This document shows, in pieces, positions 50,548 to 61,375 of a DNA stretch of 64,000 nt. This DNA is from Bacteroidota bacterium (GTDB taxonomy: Bacteria; Bacteroidota; Ignavibacteria; Kapaibacteriales; HRBIN21): the NCBI GenBank assembly GCA_030550275.1, contig JAUQPR010000005.1, forward strand, positions 19,899 through 83,898, read 5' to 3'. The notes beneath the pieces are model-generated. The model was given only the letters and a program-made list of their open reading frames with translations. It searched no databases and had not been told where the DNA came from. The stretch's first letter is position 1; the number at the start of each line of letters is the position of its first letter. The translations under genes were made by a program, and so were the position numbers.

Positions 50548-53500
50548 ATGAGTCCGCAAGTTTCATCTGGAGGAGCAGCCGCCGCCGGCGGTATGGATTT
50601 CCAGCACCGCGTTGCAGCCTGGGTAGCCGTCCACGTTCTCGCCGAAAAGGCTGCAACCCCTCCGTGGGACCTCCCCGCAGCCACGGTTCTTGAGTGGTTC
50701 CAATGTGAGACCGGCCATCCCGTTGACGATCTCCTCGTGAGAACCTCGGGCAGCGGGCTCGTTTTCTCTCAGGTCAAGCGCCGGCTCAGCCTCTCGTCGG
50801 ATGCAGCTTCGGATCTCGCATCCGCCCTCGATCAGTTTGTCCGCCAATTCATCACGTGTCACAACAAGAGCGGTGGATCACGCCCTACGGATCGCCCCCT
50901 TGATCCCGCAAGAGATCGGCTAGTGCTAATCACATCTTCCGTTAGCTCTGAGCCAATCCGGGGTCACTTCGCGACCGTCCTCCGTCGGGCACGAAACCTG
51001 ACCCCGGGTCAGGCCCTCGACGAAGCTGCCACCAACGACGAGGAGCGCAGGGCGTTTTCGGTAGTCCGGGAGCATATCCGCAGATCGTGGCAGGCGATCC
51101 TCAACGCCGAGCCGTCGGAGGCGGAGCTTCGCCAACTGCTTTCCCTGATCCGGATTCATGTTCTCGACGTTGAAGCCGAGGGGCCAAGCGAGCGGGAGGC
51201 GAAGCACGTGCTCCGCTCCGCAGTTCTGCGCGATCCCGACCAAGCGGACCAGGCATGGACCACACTAGTCACTTTGTGCGCGGGCTACGCGGCGCAGCGT
51301 TCCGGTGCCGATCGCGCTATTCTACAACGCGAACTCCTCAACGCGGGATGTGACCTCAAGGTCCCACGCAGTTACGAAGAAGACATTGAAAAACTTCGGA
51401 AGCATTCTTACCAGATTTTGTCTGCCCTCGGCCATCTTGCCCAAATCCGAGTAGGCTCAACGACGATCAGAATTCGTCGGGCGTGCACCGAAGCGCTGCG
51501 CCAGGCGGCTGAGGAGGGATCAATCCTCGTCACTGGTGAACCAGGTGCCGGGAAATCAGGGGCTCTCCACGACTTCGTCGAGGCGCTTCGTGACGGTGGC
51601 AGGGATTGTGTCCTCCTCGCCGTCGATCGGCTGGCCGCCCAGAGTCTCGGCCAGCTTCGGGAAGAGCTCGGCCTGGAGCACGAATTACCTGAAGTTTTTG
51701 AAAACTGGCCCGGCCTGCAACCGGCGTTCCTTGTAATCGACGCGCTGGATGCCGCTCGCGCGGATCCCGCGGCCGCAATGGTCCGTGATCTCATCCGCCA
51801 AGTGGTGGAAAGGAACGGGCGCTGGCGGGTGGTGGCCTCCATCCGCAAGTTTGATCTCCGTTATGGACCAGACATCCAGCAACTGTTTGCCGGAAATCCG
51901 CCGACGCAGTTTGCAGACGCTGAGTTCCAGCGGGTTCGACACCTGAATGTTCCGCGGTTTTCCGACGACGAACTCAGCCGGATTGGCTCGGAGTCTCCGC
52001 CGCTACAACGGCTCATTACCAACGCCCCTGCAGAACTCCGGGACCTCCTCCGCGTGCCGTTCAATCTCCGCTTGGTGGCGGAGCTACTCGGCGGAGGCGT
52101 CAGCCCGGACGAACTTACACCGGTAAAAACCCAGCTCGAGCTGCTGGATCGCTACTGGCGGCATCGCGTGGTGGGCTTCGATGGCCAAGGAGACGGGCGC
52201 GAGGCGATCTTGCGCGAGGTGTGCGAACGAATGGTGGAATCCCGTGTGCTCCGCGCAGACCGCGCCGCTGTCGCGCGCCCGGAGACGAGCGCCCTGCTCA
52301 ACGATCTCCTCAGTACGCAGGTCCTTATCGAGTGGCAGGCGTCACCGGACGCGCAACCTGACCGGTACACCCTCGCTTTCTCGCACCATGTTCTTTTCGA
52401 CTATGCGGTGGCGCGCCTTCTATTTCGAGGCGATCCCGAAAACGTCATGCACCGCCTTTCCGAAGACCCTGAGCTCGTGATATTCGTTCGCCCCAGTTTG
52501 GTTCTTCACTTCCGACACCTCTGGGACTCAAGTCCAGATCGTCACCCATTCTGGGAGTTGACCTTTCGGGTCATTGCTGACTCTGAGATTCCCGAAGTTG
52601 GGAAACTTATCGGCCCAGCTGTGGCTGCCGAGCTGGCTCGTTCCACTCGAGACCTAGAACCCGTCTGCGCAGCCCTTGAGCATGAGGATGAGGAAAAGCA
52701 CGGGCCTGCAGATGGCGCCATTCGCCACCTGGTCGGGGCTCTACTAGCTGGGATGGGGGGCAAGACTCTTGCAGGTCCCAATGCCGGTCCGTGGTGCGAA
52801 CTGCTGGAACGCGTCAGCCGGAGGCTCCGGCCATCGGTCGCTTACACCGTTCGAGCCCTGCTCGCAACCATGTGTGACCACCCTGAGAGCTTTACCCCCG
52901 AGCAGCGGACCGCCGCCGGACATACAGCGCGACGGCTTCTGGAGTTTGCATGGTCTCACGTGCCTAGGGATTCTTGGCTGGTGGTCCATGCGCTCCAGTG
53001 CGTTTGCCGAACGTTCGAGAGCGACCCCGCGGCATCTAGCCTGCTTATTCGCCGTTGTCTGGAGCCTGTGCACATTTCGGAGTTCGGCTTTGAAGAGATT
53101 CCTTGGCTGGCCCGAGAAGTTATACGGCTCATTAAGCTCGATCCGACATTAGTGGCGAGCATCTATTGCGCCGCCTTTGGCCACCAAGAGGAATCACAGG
53201 AGCCGACCCCCATCGGAGGCAGCCGCATCTTCCCTCTGGTTTCGAACCGCCGCCAGCACTATGAGAGCGCATTGTACCAGCTGGCCGAGTCCTTCCCCGC
53301 ATTCCTGGAAACGGCGCCAGAAGAGGCGACACGCACTCTTGTGCGTGTTCTGGAATCGTATGTCGGCCAAAGGCATTCTCAGCCCTTCCGTGAGACGGAG
53401 CAGGCGGTCTTCGACTTCCGTGATCAGCAAGCACGTCTGCTCGAAGATTACAGCTCCGTCTGGGACGAGGGAGATACCTACCGCGAAGAAGAGCCCATCA

Positions 53501-55536
53501 AGATGCTAGATGCCTTCCAGAACTTCCTGGAAGGACTAGCAACCGAAAAAGACAGCAAAAGCACGCTCCGTGCTTTGATCGGGATTTTCGTCTCGGAAAA
53601 CCAGCTCGCTGTTGCCTGGCGGCGGCTTCTTCTTGCGGGGGCCCGTTTTCCTGAAACCCTAGGCTTGGAGATATTGCCGCTCGCCTGGGCGGTTCCGATT
53701 CTTACGTGCCATGACACCACTGTGCCGGCTGGTGATTACCTCAAGGCAGTATTCCCGATCCTGCGAGGCAATCAGCGTCGGAAGATCGAACGGGCTATTT
53801 TGGGCATCCCTGACGCGATGCCGGCAGATCGGCGCGAGGAGGCCGAACAAGTTCGGGACCGGCTTCTCGGATGCCTGCCCCTCGCCGCCATCGTTACCGA
53901 CGAGGCGCACCAGAAATTAGCAGAGCTTCAAGCCCATAACGCTGTCCCACCTAATCAACCACCCGTGGGCTTAGAAGAGGAGTGGTTCGGCACTTACGGG
54001 GAGGAGGACTATCTCGAGGATCAAGGGGTCCCGGTCGAAGCCGAGGGAAACCGAAGGATCCGCGAGCTGGAGCGGCCGGTCAAGGAGTTCGCTGACCGGC
54101 ATCTCAACTCCACCCCTACCTTGGAAGAAGCCCACTCCGTGCTTCCGGCCCTGCGTGCCCTTTACGACGCTCTGGGTCGCGCCAACGCGGACGACGTACA
54201 CCCAAAGCAAAAGGACTATGCCTGGGGAATCCTCGCGCAGGGATGTGCGCGTATCGCAAGAGCCGAGGGTCTCTCCGGTGGCGAGGAGCCCGGCACGTTC
54301 ATAATGGCCGTTCTCCTCGAGGCGTGCCGCCACCATGAGCCGGTCCATGACCCTCAGTACGATGCCCAGTTCGACGAACATCCTTCATGGGGAAGCCCAG
54401 CAGCCAGGATCGACGCGGCCCAAGGGCTGATCATTCTGGCGAGTCACCAAGACTGCGCCACGCCATATGTCCTCAAAGCGATAGAAGCGCTAAGCGACGA
54501 CCCAGTTCCAGCTGTGCGCTATCAGATCGCTGCTCGCTTAGATGCCCTTTACCGGACGGCCCACGAGCTGATGTGGTCCATCATCGAGCGGCTGGCTCGT
54601 AAAGAGGCAAGCCGTGGAGTCCTTCAGGGACTGCTTGTCGGTCCCCTCAGCCGGCTAGTCGGCGCAGAACCCGATCGCGTGGCCAATGTTACGAAGGCCA
54701 TCTTCGAGCGGATCAGCGCCGGTCCTGGCGCGAACCGGGTCCGCGAGTTCGGCATGAGTATCCTCGCGGATCTCTACATCTGGCGCGATCATCCGCTATC
54801 CCGCGACGTAGTCCACGAGATCGTCTCGAATCCCGCCGGCTATCCCGCAGAGGCGGGTCACGTCTTGGGGCAACTTCGCAACCCCATCACCCACGGCCCA
54901 ACGGACCCCTCCGATCCCGAGGCTGACGCGATTCGCAGGCGGGCGCTGGAACTGCTCGAGCGTCTACTCCGCTCGTCACGAGACGGCCTCAAGGAGCTTG
55001 AAGGCCGTCATGCTGGGGTCGGCTTCGGCAAGTGGCCCCAGGCCGATCAGGAAACAGCTCAGTCGCTGATGCGTCTCATCGATGCCATCGGAAGGGAAGT
55101 CTATTTCGCCTCGGGAGCGTACGACGCCAAGAGCCAGGGGCAAGCACACGGCGTGCGTGAAGTCAGTCCTCAGTCCAAGCGGTTCTACCAGGAAGCCGGT
55201 GCGATCCTCGACGAGCTCACGGACGCACCCCTTCCCAGTGTCGCGCACCACCTGGTGGAGACCCTGGAGCACTTCATCCCCGTGGATCCCCGCGGTGTCT
55301 TCCTTCGCATCCACCGTGTGGTTTCAGCCGGGCAACAGGCAGGCTATCAGTACGAATCCATGGCCGCTGAGCTCATCGTCCGACTCGTCGAGCGCTACCT
55401 GGCTGAGTACCGGACGCTACTTCAGCAGGACGTCGCCTGTCGCAGGGCTCTGATCGAAGTACTGGATGTGTTCGTCAAGGCCGGCTGGCCGAGCGCGCGA
55501 AGGCTTGCGTATCGCCTGGAGGAGATTTTCCGGTAA
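50548..55536 (+). CDS. 1,662-aa NACHT/STAND-like P-loop NTPase with ~320-aa N-terminal domain and ~1,200-aa C-terminal helical-repeat region; candidate antiphage defense protein embedded in the type I R-M operon
   Basis: Single uninterrupted ORF, same strand, 13 nt after the hsdM stop and 15 nt before the hsdS start. Walker A ILVTGEPGAGKS (aa 326–337, nt ~51535) and NACHT-type Walker B FLVIDALDAAR (aa ~394–404). The long Leu/Ala/Arg-rich helical repeats include HEAT-like DDPVPAVRYQIAARLDAL. No obvious housekeeping homolog is recognisable. Confidence 0.6.
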   Translation: MSPQVSSGGAAAAGGMDFQHRVAAWVAVHVLAEKAATPPWDLPAATVLEWFQCETGHPVDDLLVRTSGSGLVFSQVKRRLSLSSDAASDLASALDQFVRQFITCHNKSGGSRPTDRPLDPARDRLVLITSSVSSEPIRGHFATVLRRARNLTPGQALDEAATNDEERRAFSVVREHIRRSWQAILNAEPSEAELRQLLSLIRIHVLDVEAEGPSEREAKHVLRSAVLRDPDQADQAWTTLVTLCAGYAAQRSGADRAILQRELLNAGCDLKVPRSYEEDIEKLRKHSYQILSALGHLAQIRVGSTTIRIRRACTEALRQAAEEGSILVTGEPGAGKSGALHDFVEALRDGGRDCVLLAVDRLAAQSLGQLREELGLEHELPEVFENWPGLQPAFLVIDALDAARADPAAAMVRDLIRQVVERNGRWRVVASIRKFDLRYGPDIQQLFAGNPPTQFADAEFQRVRHLNVPRFSDDELSRIGSESPPLQRLITNAPAELRDLLRVPFNLRLVAELLGGGVSPDELTPVKTQLELLDRYWRHRVVGFDGQGDGREAILREVCERMVESRVLRADRAAVARPETSALLNDLLSTQVLIEWQASPDAQPDRYTLAFSHHVLFDYAVARLLFRGDPENVMHRLSEDPELVIFVRPSLVLHFRHLWDSSPDRHPFWELTFRVIADSEIPEVGKLIGPAVAAELARSTRDLEPVCAALEHEDEEKHGPADGAIRHLVGALLAGMGGKTLAGPNAGPWCELLERVSRRLRPSVAYTVRALLATMCDHPESFTPEQRTAAGHTARRLLEFAWSHVPRDSWLVVHALQCVCRTFESDPAASSLLIRRCLEPVHISEFGFEEIPWLAREVIRLIKLDPTLVASIYCAAFGHQEESQEPTPIGGSRIFPLVSNRRQHYESALYQLAESFPAFLETAPEEATRTLVRVLESYVGQRHSQPFRETEQAVFDFRDQQARLLEDYSSVWDEGDTYREEEPIKMLDAFQNFLEGLATEKDSKSTLRALIGIFVSENQLAVAWRRLLLAGARFPETLGLEILPLAWAVPILTCHDTTVPAGDYLKAVFPILRGNQRRKIERAILGIPDAMPADRREEAEQVRDRLLGCLPLAAIVTDEAHQKLAELQAHNAVPPNQPPVGLEEEWFGTYGEEDYLEDQGVPVEAEGNRRIRELERPVKEFADRHLNSTPTLEEAHSVLPALRALYDALGRANADDVHPKQKDYAWGILAQGCARIARAEGLSGGEEPGTFIMAVLLEACRHHEPVHDPQYDAQFDEHPSWGSPAARIDAAQGLIILASHQDCATPYVLKAIEALSDDPVPAVRYQIAARLDALYRTAHELMWSIIERLARKEASRGVLQGLLVGPLSRLVGAEPDRVANVTKAIFERISAGPGANRVREFGMSILADLYIWRDHPLSRDVVHEIVSNPAGYPAEAGHVLGQLRNPITHGPTDPSDPEADAIRRRALELLERLLRSSRDGLKELEGRHAGVGFGKWPQADQETAQSLMRLIDAIGREVYFASGAYDAKSQGQAHGVREVSPQSKRFYQEAGAILDELTDAPLPSVAHHLVETLEHFIPVDPRGVFLRIHRVVSAGQQAGYQYESMAAELIVRLVERYLAEYRTLLQQDVACRRALIEVLDVFVKAGWPSARRLAYRLEEIFR

Positions 55537-55551
55537 TGGTAGCGAAGGTGC

Positions 55552-56775
<1,224 letters not shown>

Positions 56776-56780
56776 ACGCC

Positions 56781-59672
56781 ATGAGCATCGGCGCCGAACG
56801 GACCGCGGTGCAGAACCCATTCCTCCGCTACGCCGTGGAGGTGGGCTGGACCTACCTGCCTCCGGAGGAGGCGACGCGACTTCGCCGGGGGGAGACAGGC
56901 CTGGTGCTGCACGAGGTCCTCGTCCGCCAGCTTCAGGCATTGAACCCGGGCGTGGTGGACCACCAGCGGGCCGAGGACATCGCGGGGCGTCTGGTGCGCG
57001 TTCGTCCCAGCATCGAGGGGAATCTGGAGGCCTGGGAGTTCCTCAAGGGGTTGAAGACGGTCTTCATTCCGGAAGAGAGACGGGAGCGTAACGTCCGCCT
57101 GATAGACCCCGTACGTGTCGAGGCGAACTCGTTCCACGTGACGGACGAGCTTCCTTTTCAGAGCGGCACCCGGCGTATCCGGCTGGACCTTGTCTTCTTC
57201 GTGAATGGGATTCCGGTGATCGTGGTGGAGACGAAAGCTTCGAGGCACCTGGATGGAATGACCCGGGCACTCGAGCAGATCCGCCGTTATCACGCCGAAG
57301 GCCCCGAACTCATGGCGGTGGCGCAGCTCTACGCCCTCACGCACCTGGTTCAGTTCCTCTACGCCGCCACCTGGAGCCTTTCGCCCAAGGATCTCCTCAA
57401 CTGGAGGGACGAGCAGGCGGGTGACTTCGAGACTTTGGTGAAGACCTTCATCGCTCCGTCCCGCGTACTGCGGGTGCTCACGGAGTTCGTCCTGTTCGTG
57501 CGGCGCGATGGCGAGCTCTCCAAGGTGGTGCTGCGTCCCCACCAGATGCGGGCCGTTGAGCGCGTGCTCGCGCGAGCGCGGGACCCACACAAGCGTCGGG
57601 CACTTGTCTGGCACACCCAGGGCTCCGGGAAGACCTACACGATGATCACCGTCGCCCGGCGCCTGATTCAGGACCCGGCATTCGGAAACCCCACGGTCCT
57701 CATGCTCGTGGACCGCAACGAACTGGAGCAGCAGCTCTTCACCAACCTCGAGGCGGTTGGTCTCGGGCATGTCGAGGTGGCGCAGAGTAAGAGGCACCTT
57801 CAGGACCTCCTTCGCTCAGACCGTCGGGGGATCATCGTCTCCACCATCCACAAGTTCGAGGGGATCCCGGCCAACATCTGCACGCGCACGAACGTCTTCG
57901 TGCTGGTGGACGAAGCACACCGCTCCACGGGCGGCGATCTGGGCAACTACCTCATGGGTGCGCTACCTAATGCGACCTACATCGGCTTCACCGGTACCCC
58001 GATAGACCGAACCGCCTACGGCAAAGGGACGTTCAAGGTCTTCGGCGTGGACGACCCGCCTCACGGATATCTCGACCGCTACTCCATCCGCGAGTCCATC
58101 GCCGACGGTACCACGGTACCGCTGCACTATGCGCTCGCCCCCAACGAGCTCCTGGTGGACCGCGACACCCTCGACCGAGAATTCTTGGCTCTGACCGAAC
58201 TCGAGGGAGTGAGTGACATCGAGGACATCAACCGCGCCCTCGAACATGCGGTCACCCTTAGGAACATGCTCAAGTCGCCGGAGCGCATGCGGCGAGTCGC
58301 GGAGTTCGTGGCGCGCCATTTTCGGGAAAAGATCGAGCCGATGGGCTACAAGGCCTTCCTGGTCGCAGTCGACCGAGAGGCCTGTTGCCGCTACAAGGCT
58401 CTGTTGGACGAGTATCTCCCCCCGGACTACTCGAGGGTGGTGATCAGCCCGGCCGCCAACGACCCTCCCGAACTTCGCGCCTATCATCTGAGCGAGGACG
58501 AGGAGCGACGCATCCGCGAGGCCTTCCGCAAACCGGACGAGCTTCCGAAGATTCTCATCGTGACCGAAAAGCTCTTGACCGGGTTCGACGCGCCGATCCT
58601 CTACTGCATGTATCTGGACAAGCCCATGCGCGATCATGTGCTGCTGCAGGCGATCGCGCGAGTCAATCGGCCGTACGAGGACGAGACCGGTCGGCGCAAG
58701 CCCTCAGGCTTTGTCCTCGATTTCGTGGGCATCTTTGAAAACCTGGAGCGCGCCCTGGCCTTCGATTCTCAGGACATTCAGGGGGTAGTGGAGGGCCTGG
58801 ACGTCCTGAAGGAGCGGTTTCGGCAGCTTATGGAACAAGGGCGCCGCGACTACCTCGGCATCGTGGCAGGGCTTTCAGGTGACAAGGCGGTGGAAGCTGT
58901 CTTGGAGTACTTCCGTGACCCGGACGGGCGTGACAAGTTCTACCGTTACTTTCGAGAGCTCGAGGAAGTCTACGAGATCCTCTCGCCCGATGAATTCCTT
59001 CGACCGTTCCTCGATGACTACCGTGCCTTGAGCGAGATGTACCAGGTCCTGCGCTCCAGCTATGAGGCCCGCCCCATCGCCAGCCTGGATTTCCTCAAGA
59101 AGACCGCTCGCCTTGTCCAGGAGCACACACATGGGTCCATGGTTCGGGAGCCACCGGCGATTTACGGGATCGACGTAGAGACGCTCGGTCGCTTGGCGCA
59201 GGACGACGCGCCGGATGCGGTCAAAGTATTCAACTTGCTCAAGGCGATTCGGCAGATTGTAGAGGCGCAGGCTTCAGAGCAGCCCTATCTGATCTCCATT
59301 GGGGAGCGGGCGGAAGCCATTGTGCAGGCTTTTCAAGAGCGACAGATCACCACAGAGGAAACGCTCCGGCAGCTCGTGGACGGACCGGTGCAAGAATTGC
59401 AGGAAGCGGAGTCTGCCCGAGCCAGCATGGACCTCTCGGCAGAAGCCTTCACGATCTTCTGGCTGCTCAGCCGCGAAGGAGTTCAGGAAAGCGAGGCGGT
59501 TGCCCGTCAGATTGCAGACGTACTGGACCGATTCCCACACTGGCACACGAGCGAGCAGCACGAACGCGAGGTGAGGAGGGAAATCTACAAGGCGCTCCTG
59601 CCGACCGGCGTCGCGGACCCGGTGTCTGTTGCTGACCGGCTACTGCAGGTCCTCCGCGAGTCGCACCGATGA
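56781..59672 (+). CDS. hsdR: Type I restriction enzyme endonuclease/helicase subunit
   Basis: N-terminal nuclease (…VFFVNGIPVIVVETK…), SF2 helicase motifs (TQGSGKT; DEAH as VDEAHRS; …QAIARVNR…), C-terminal HsdR-type helical domain. 5 nt after hsdS. Confidence 0.9.
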   Translation: MSIGAERTAVQNPFLRYAVEVGWTYLPPEEATRLRRGETGLVLHEVLVRQLQALNPGVVDHQRAEDIAGRLVRVRPSIEGNLEAWEFLKGLKTVFIPEERRERNVRLIDPVRVEANSFHVTDELPFQSGTRRIRLDLVFFVNGIPVIVVETKASRHLDGMTRALEQIRRYHAEGPELMAVAQLYALTHLVQFLYAATWSLSPKDLLNWRDEQAGDFETLVKTFIAPSRVLRVLTEFVLFVRRDGELSKVVLRPHQMRAVERVLARARDPHKRRALVWHTQGSGKTYTMITVARRLIQDPAFGNPTVLMLVDRNELEQQLFTNLEAVGLGHVEVAQSKRHLQDLLRSDRRGIIVSTIHKFEGIPANICTRTNVFVLVDEAHRSTGGDLGNYLMGALPNATYIGFTGTPIDRTAYGKGTFKVFGVDDPPHGYLDRYSIRESIADGTTVPLHYALAPNELLVDRDTLDREFLALTELEGVSDIEDINRALEHAVTLRNMLKSPERMRRVAEFVARHFREKIEPMGYKAFLVAVDREACCRYKALLDEYLPPDYSRVVISPAANDPPELRAYHLSEDEERRIREAFRKPDELPKILIVTEKLLTGFDAPILYCMYLDKPMRDHVLLQAIARVNRPYEDETGRRKPSGFVLDFVGIFENLERALAFDSQDIQGVVEGLDVLKERFRQLMEQGRRDYLGIVAGLSGDKAVEAVLEYFRDPDGRDKFYRYFRELEEVYEILSPDEFLRPFLDDYRALSEMYQVLRSSYEARPIASLDFLKKTARLVQEHTHGSMVREPPAIYGIDVETLGRLAQDDAPDAVKVFNLLKAIRQIVEAQASEQPYLISIGERAEAIVQAFQERQITTEETLRQLVDGPVQELQEAESARASMDLSAEAFTIFWLLSREGVQESEAVARQIADVLDRFPHWHTSEQHEREVRREIYKALLPTGVADPVSVADRLLQVLRESHR

Positions 59673-60001
59673 AACCGATGAAGAAGCGAAAGGATCGACT
59701 CAGCTGGGCGCCCCTTGAAGACATCGTCCCGGTGGAGGTCTTCAAGGCGGAGGTGCGTGCCTGGGCCGAGCGCATTGGCGTCCAGCCGCGTGAGATTCAC
59801 GTTCGGCCGATGAAGCGAAAATGGGCGAGCTGCTCCTCGAACGGCCGCCTGACGTTCGATCTTGACCTTTTGCGCCAGCCCTCGAAGGTTCGGGCAGAGG
59901 TCATCATTCACGAGCTGCTCCATTTGAAGCTTCCGAACCATGGCCGCCTGTTCCGCGCCCTTTTGAAGGCCTACAAAGCACAGCAATTGGAGAGCGATTA
60001 G
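59669..60001 (+). CDS. DUF45 / M48-like (WLM/SprT-type) zinc metallopeptidase
   Basis: HExxH motif [10 protein letters not shown]. 110 aa. ATGA overlap with the hsdR stop. This family commonly follows hsdR genes. Confidence 0.7.
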   Translation: MKPMKKRKDRLSWAPLEDIVPVEVFKAEVRAWAERIGVQPREIHVRPMKRKWASCSSNGRLTFDLDLLRQPSKVRAEVIIHELLHLKLPNHGRLFRALLKAYKAQQLESD

Positions 60002-60026
60002 GAAACATCCGGCGATCCGCGACGAC

Positions 60027-60749
60027 GTGGCCTTCTTCCAAGCGGTGCGAGCAGCCCTGACAAAGCGAGCACCGGCAGAGGAGCGGCCGGAGGAGGAGCT
60101 GGACCACGCCATCCGGCAGATCATCTCGCGAGCTCTCACGCCGGAAGGTGTCATCGACCTCTTCTCCGCCGCAGGCTTGAAGAAGCCGGACATCTCCATC
60201 CTCTCCGATGAGTTCCTGGCCGAGGTCCGGGGCATGCCGCAGAAGAACCTGGCCGTGGAGCTCCTGCGGAAACTCCTGGAGGGCGAGATCAAGGTGCGCC
60301 GTCGGAAGAACGTGGTGCAGGCGCGGTCGTTCGCGGAGATGCTGGAGCAGGCCATCCGCCGCTACCAGAACCGGGCGGTGGAGGCAGTGCAGGTCATCGA
60401 GGAGCTCATTGCCCTAGCCAAGGAGATGCGCGAGGCGGACCGGAGAGGCGAACAACTTGGCCTTTCCGAAGAAGAACTTGCTTTCTACGACGCCCTGGAA
60501 ACCAACGACAGCGCCGTAAAGGTCCTGGGCGAGCCGACCCTAAAGCGAATTGCGCGGGAGCTGGTGGAGACGGTGCGGCGGAACGTGACCATCGACTGGG
60601 CCGAACGGGAGAACGTGCGGGCGCACCTGCGGCGCCTCGTGAAGCGGGTGCTGCGGAAGTACGGCTACCCGCCCGACAAACAGGAGAAGGCCACCCAGAC
60701 CGTCATGGAGCAGGCAGAAGTGCTTTCTGTGGAGTGGGCAATGGCATGA
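60027..60749 (+). pseudogene. Orphan HsdR C-terminal domain (DUF3387-like) fragment, probable remnant of a displaced type I R-M system
   Basis: Matches the C-terminal helical domain of HsdR proteins (…[30 protein letters not shown]…[24 protein letters not shown]…[10 protein letters not shown]…). Opens with GTG, the first valid start after an in-frame TGA at 59964. The intact hsdR upstream already has its own C-terminal domain. Confidence 0.55.
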
Positions 60750-60760
60750 GAGGGGCCTCG

Positions 60761-61375
60761 AACAACGGCGTGCAGCGGACGGCGTCTCGCCGCCGCTGAA
60801 CTGGAGCGTTCGCTACCCCGGATACTTCCACGCAGTCAAAGGTACAGAACCAGATCGCGCCGGTGATCCATGTTGTCAAGCATTGCTTGCTGTTCTGCGC
60901 CTGAACTCAATCTGGCTGTACAGAATCGGCAGGACGGTAAAGCCTATCGGTCTCCTCCAGCTCGGAAGGAGACAGCTTGAAGAACCTTCTTCTTTCCCAC
61001 CTTACAGCTCGACTTCGCGTGGGGGAGCAAGCCTGCAAGTCACATCGGACTTTTGCTTGACAGTCGCAGAGCCGTTTTTTAAATTTGCAATGTAGGGGTG
61101 TGCAGTACATACTTGACCCCGACGGCAAGGGGGTTCAAAGCCCAGTCGACGCCTTGTGAACTAGAGGCGTGCCTGACGGCAGTCGGGACTACGCGCCGAA
61201 GTGTAGGTCACGTAGGCGGACTTCAGATGGCAACCAGATTACACAACAACCATCTGAGGAGCAAAGATGATGGAAACAAAGATGATGGAAACAAAAAGTT
61301 GACAACTCACCCGCCAGCGCATGTTATGCCGACAACTTGCGGTATAAGCGTGTTAGGTGGAAACCATACAATAGT
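60761..61375. repeat. Direct repeat copy 1 (~615 bp)
   Basis: About 97% identical to 62757..63375 with an offset of ~1,996–2,000 nt. Contains a tandem 15-mer AAAGATGATGGAAAC ×2 (61264..61293) followed by TTGACA (61299..61304). GC is lower than the flanking genome. Confidence 0.8.

Noticed and set aside
60883-61095. Identical 70-aa ORFs (and 73-aa minus-strand ORFs) inside both direct repeats
   Set aside because: Identity is a trivial consequence of the DNA repeat. There is no start context or motifs, and the TTGACA/15-mer tandem suggests a regulatory rather than coding role.
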